Virus record (IMG/VR): IMGVR_UViG_3300046170_000505
Direction: 5' to 3' (one strand)
Length of the DNA: 64,000 nucleotides
DNA from: a virus
The position numbers and the translations under genes were made by a program. Shown piece after piece: positions 60,319-64,000 of the stretch. Position 1 is the first letter of the stretch; every line of letters starts with the position of its first letter. The notes beneath the pieces are model-generated. The model was not told the DNA's origin, did no database searches, and saw only the letters and a list, made by a program, of their open reading frames with translations.

Positions 60319-61370
60319 CATCAGAAAAAATAAAAGATATCCTCACTGAACTAGGCTACAAACTTTCTGATTTCGGCAATCACTGGCGAACAAATGCGCT
60401 TTATAGAGGTGGTAAAAATCCTTCCGCACTTCAAATCTATAAGGATTCTGGTGTTTGGATTGATTATGTAAAAAATTCTGAACACATGTCTCTTCGCTCA
60501 CTTATTGAAGCTACTTTAAAAACAAACGATAAAGTTTTGATTGATAAATTTACAAAAGGTTATGATTTTTCTACAGAAAGAAAAGAGCCTGAAATAGATA
60601 TTAAACCAAAAGTTGAAATGGAAAAAACATACCCAAACTCAATCTTAAAAAAACTATTACCCCATTATAAATTTTATAACGATAGGGGGATATCAGACAA
60701 TTATCTTATCTCTCTTGGCAGTGGTCTAGCTACAGAAGGCTCTATGTATCAAAGGTTTGTTTTCCCAATATATAATTCAAACCAAAAAATATATGGCTTT
60801 AGCGGAAGAGACATGGCTAAGTCAAAAAAAGATTCTAGACCAAAATGGAAACATTTAGGAAAAAAGTCTAACTGGATATATCCATATTATTCTCCAAACG
60901 TAAAAAATATAATTCACGAGTCTATTATGGAAAAAGAGTCAGTAATACTAGTTGAAAGTATTGGTGACATGTTAAACTTATTTCAGTATGGTATTTACAA
61001 CGTTTTAGTTACATTTGGTACAATTATATCTTCCTCCTTGGTTTTATTTTTGACGTCTTTTCCTTCTTTAAGGGTTATAATCTCATTAAATAATGATTCT
61101 GATAAAGAAGTTAACAGGGGAAGAGTTGGGTCTTTTAAATCTGCGTTAAAACTTTTAAGTTTTTTTGATATTTCCAATATTGTACTGTATCCTCCTACAG
61201 AGAAGGACTTCGGAGACATGAGCGAGAAATCTTTCTGGCCTTGGATTAATAATTTAGAAACTTGCTACGATACAAATAGTTTAATAAAATATAAACAAGA
61301 AATTCTAGGCTTGATAGATAAAAATCTAATACCGAAAAGTTCTTTTAAGCAAAAATACTTTAATGCATGA
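60315..61370 (+). CDS. DNA primase (Toprim)
   Basis: RFVFPI, GFSGR, ILVESIGD, NND, KDFGDM; adjacent to the helicase. Confidence 0.8.
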   Translation: MTSEKIKDILTELGYKLSDFGNHWRTNALYRGGKNPSALQIYKDSGVWIDYVKNSEHMSLRSLIEATLKTNDKVLIDKFTKGYDFSTERKEPEIDIKPKVEMEKTYPNSILKKLLPHYKFYNDRGISDNYLISLGSGLATEGSMYQRFVFPIYNSNQKIYGFSGRDMAKSKKDSRPKWKHLGKKSNWIYPYYSPNVKNIIHESIMEKESVILVESIGDMLNLFQYGIYNVLVTFGTIISSSLVLFLTSFPSLRVIISLNNDSDKEVNRGRVGSFKSALKLLSFFDISNIVLYPPTEKDFGDMSEKSFWPWINNLETCYDTNSLIKYKQEILGLIDKNLIPKSSFKQKYFNA

Positions 61371-62406
61371 ACTTACCCCACTTTCTGCCAGCAAAATCAA
61401 GAAAGCTCAGAGCTGTTCTTGGAGTTACTGGGCGACGTATCATTTAAAGATTCCAGATTCCAGCAATGATGGTGCCAGCAGGGGTTGGATTTGCCATTTA
61501 ATTTTCGAATTGTTAGGGGCAGAAAAACATAGGGCGATATATGACGAAATAATATTAAAAGATTCCATCTTTCTTTGCGCTCCAATTAAAAGACTCGTTG
61601 GCTATCATGCTAAAAAATTAAAAGTAAATGATCCAGACAACTTAAAACTAATTGACGACATGACTATGGCTGGTCTTCATTTTGATTTTTTTGGACAGAC
61701 TAGGGGGGAGCCAGACGAATCAATATCTGAGCAATCTTTTGACATATCTGTAGACGAGGCTGATAATCTTTATCGACTAAGGGGTTTTATTGATAAATTA
61801 TTTCTTTATAAAAAAGACAGCTTAGCTATTATTAGAGACTTCAAGTCAAGTAAATCAGTCTTCAAAGGCAAAGAAGCTATAGATAATCTGCAGGATTTGA
61901 TATATACTCTAGCGGTTAGAAAATTATTCCCTAACTTTAAAAAACGTCAAGTAGAGTTTTTATTTTTAAAATTTGATTTACATGCTTCTGGTAACTTAAA
62001 GATGGCAGACATATCAGAGACAGAGCTTTCTGGTCTAGAGTCATACTTGACTGGTGTTCAATCTTTTCTTGATCAATTTGATGAATTAGATGCGGTAAGT
62101 AATTTTGCGGGATCTCAAGGGTATCCTTCTGATGGCAGCTTTGGAGGCCCCCTAATGTGTGGCAAAGATGGCTTTAAAATTTCCAAAGGAAAACCTTTAT
62201 TGGATAAAAACGGAGAGCCTATAGTTGCATATATATGCTCATATAGAAAACCTTTGAACTATATCGCCCTAAAAAATAAAGAGGGAAAAACTATAAAAGG
62301 CTACTTCAAAGAAATGAAAGACAAAATTCCCGTAAATAAAGAAAATGGTGAATTTCTAGAAGATGAAAGTTATTCAGGATGCCCTTACTGGAACAAGCCA
62401 AAATAG
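61363..62406 (+). CDS. PD-(D/E)XK exonuclease (RecB/Cas4-like)
   Basis: LSASKI..AQSC, LRGFIDKL, IRDFKS, Q..IY, C-terminal Cys residues. Confidence 0.85.
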   Translation: MHELTPLSASKIKKAQSCSWSYWATYHLKIPDSSNDGASRGWICHLIFELLGAEKHRAIYDEIILKDSIFLCAPIKRLVGYHAKKLKVNDPDNLKLIDDMTMAGLHFDFFGQTRGEPDESISEQSFDISVDEADNLYRLRGFIDKLFLYKKDSLAIIRDFKSSKSVFKGKEAIDNLQDLIYTLAVRKLFPNFKKRQVEFLFLKFDLHASGNLKMADISETELSGLESYLTGVQSFLDQFDELDAVSNFAGSQGYPSDGSFGGPLMCGKDGFKISKGKPLLDKNGEPIVAYICSYRKPLNYIALKNKEGKTIKGYFKEMKDKIPVNKENGEFLEDESYSGCPYWNKPK

Positions 62407-62449
62407 AAACTGACGACTTTCTGTGATTTGATGTGTACTCCCTTATGGG

Positions 62450-62728
62450 ATGACTTACAACATAGAAAATATATGCCATGAATATACAGATGAGTGCTTG
62501 TTCTCTCAAGTTATTGATTCTGATGGCTTACCTTTTAAAATTATTTTGCATGTTGAAAATAAATACATCAGAACAATAGGGAAGATTCTTTTTAACTACG
62601 GGTATCACTCAGCTTCCATTAAAACAAAAGGCAAGTATTACTCCATTGTTCACTTTGAACTAACTAGTTTTATAATAAAAGAAAACCTTGATTCAGACTC
62701 TTCTGTTTTTGAAGATCTTGATCTCTAA
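62450..62728 (+). CDS. Hypothetical protein
   Basis: 92 aa; GTGTA upstream. Confidence 0.5.
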   Translation: MTYNIENICHEYTDECLFSQVIDSDGLPFKIILHVENKYIRTIGKILFNYGYHSASIKTKGKYYSIVHFELTSFIIKENLDSDSSVFEDLDL

Positions 62729-62733
62729 TATTT

Positions 62734-63894
62734 ATGTTTTTAGTTGGTTTTATTTTTTTCTCTGGGATTTCTATATCTCTTGTTGCCGCTTATTTTAGTA
62801 TAATAGGTTTAGCTACAATGTTTCCAGGGTCTAAAGAAGCTATCGTTATCATGGGCGCTGTACTAGAAATAGGCAAGCTTGTGGCTGCTGTTTGGCTACA
62901 TAAAAATTGGCACAATGCTTTTAGATTTCTGCGTTTTTATTTACTTATAGCTGTTTTAGTTTTAAGCGGCATCACAAGCATGGGCATTTTTGGGTTTTTG
63001 TCTAAATCTCATGTTGAGCATAGCGCTTCGATAGAAAAAGAAAAAGCTATAATAGCTCAGATTGACGAAAAAATTGAAAGAAAAGAAGCTTTTATAATCC
63101 AAAGAAAAGATCTGCTTTCTCAAATATCAAAAGATACTTCTTTTGAATACGAAGGTGACAGTGAAGTTTTAAAAAGGCTCGACTCAAGAATTCAATCCAT
63201 CAAAGAAGAAGAATCTTCTTTTTTAGAAGTACAAAACAATATTTTAATGGATTTACAATCTGAAGAATCAAAGTTGAACGAAGCCCTTGAATCTTCTAAA
63301 ACTGTATCTGGGTTTTTTAGATCTAATAACTTTGATCAAGTAAATAAAAATCAAAAAGCCGCAAGAACAAAGATAAAAACGGAAAAAGAGACTGTATTAA
63401 AAAAGATAGAAGAAGTAAAAAAAGAAACTATATCAAAAATAGAAACTGTTAGAGCTCAAATAGATTCTGTTCAATTTTCTAATAATTCTAAATCTATCAA
63501 TCCCAAAACTGAAGAGTACCAAAATCAGATAGAAATTTCTTATGAAGAAATTAGCGACTTAGAGAATCAAAAATTTGAATATGGTTCTGCTTTAAGAGCT
63601 TTGGAGGTGGAGATAGGCCCAATAAAATACGTTATCGGCGCTTTGCAAGAATGGATTTCCCTTTCTGTTGGCGTTGAGCAGGCTGTAAGAATTATAATAT
63701 TAATATTAATTTTTGTTTTCGATCCCCTTGCCATACTCTTAATTATTGCTGCAGCTATAACTTATTCAAATATCAAAACAAAAGATTTGCCGCCTGATGT
63801 AAAAGCTATTAGGAATAAATTATTAGAAGAACTCGAAGATTATTTAAACGAAGGTGGTATCGTCGATCATTTTATCGAGAGAAGCAAAAAATAG
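62734..63894 (+). CDS. Membrane protein with long coiled coil
   Basis: Three N-terminal TM segments (AAYFSIIGL, LEIGKLV, TSMGIFGFLSK), a coiled coil, then EIGPIKY and FVFDPLAI. Confidence 0.7.
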   Translation: MFLVGFIFFSGISISLVAAYFSIIGLATMFPGSKEAIVIMGAVLEIGKLVAAVWLHKNWHNAFRFLRFYLLIAVLVLSGITSMGIFGFLSKSHVEHSASIEKEKAIIAQIDEKIERKEAFIIQRKDLLSQISKDTSFEYEGDSEVLKRLDSRIQSIKEEESSFLEVQNNILMDLQSEESKLNEALESSKTVSGFFRSNNFDQVNKNQKAARTKIKTEKETVLKKIEEVKKETISKIETVRAQIDSVQFSNNSKSINPKTEEYQNQIEISYEEISDLENQKFEYGSALRALEVEIGPIKYVIGALQEWISLSVGVEQAVRIIILILIFVFDPLAILLIIAAAITYSNIKTKDLPPDVKAIRNKLLEELEDYLNEGGIVDHFIERSKK

Positions 63895-63895
63895 C

Positions 63896-63924
63896 TTGAC
63901 ATATAATCAGGTTTTTGCTATCCT
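63896..63924 (+). promoter_or_regulatory. sigma70-like promoter
   Basis: TTGACA-N17-TATCCT at the window end. Confidence 0.6.
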
Positions 63925-64000
63925 CTATGGATAATGATACCGATATTCAAGAGTCATTTTTCTATAGGAAAATCAATACTAACCTTAAACTCGCCAGGGT

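Noticed and set aside
61363-62406. Cas4 as evidence of a CRISPR system
   Set aside because: It sits in the replication operon with no array or cas1/cas2; ordinary phage exonuclease.

Overview
AT-rich segment of a large tailed dsDNA phage with a lambda-like siphovirus tail tip; GT9/GT25 genes suggest a Gram-negative host (inference). 1-28 kb (+) is the tail module: a giant tape-measure-like protein (>4,100 aa, reading frame open from base 2, so 5'-truncated), followed by gpM-, gpL-, gpK- and fused gpI-gpJ-like genes. 28-36 kb (-) carries glycosyltransferases, SSB and a sigma-factor-like gene. 36-56 kb (mostly +) carries a large glycan-modification set (GT2/GT4/GT25, Gmd, sulfotransferases), nrdA/nrdB, Nudix, two cysteine-peptidase-like membrane proteins and a GHKL ATPase. 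56-64 kb carries RecA-like, DnaB helicase, primase and PD-(D/E)XK nuclease genes. The standout is the first ~1,900 codons of the tape-measure-like ORF. They form an array of unrelated 65-260 aa modules, each delimited by a conserved peptide (S/N)xG(L/F)(V/I)PNF(A). The modules include an R-S-E ADP-ribosyltransferase, a protein-kinase fold, two PD-(D/E)XK-like nucleases and a UVR coiled-coil, which suggests a virion-delivered, cassette-shuffled effector polyprotein. Two promoter classes are visible: sigma70-like TTGACA-N17-TAnnnT, and a GTGTA motif 9-13 nt upstream of many start codons. Many frameshifts, mostly at homopolymers, occur in 32-55.5 kb and are most likely long-read errors. All family calls come from motif recognition by eye; no database searches were run. 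No tRNA, rRNA or CRISPR array was recognised.
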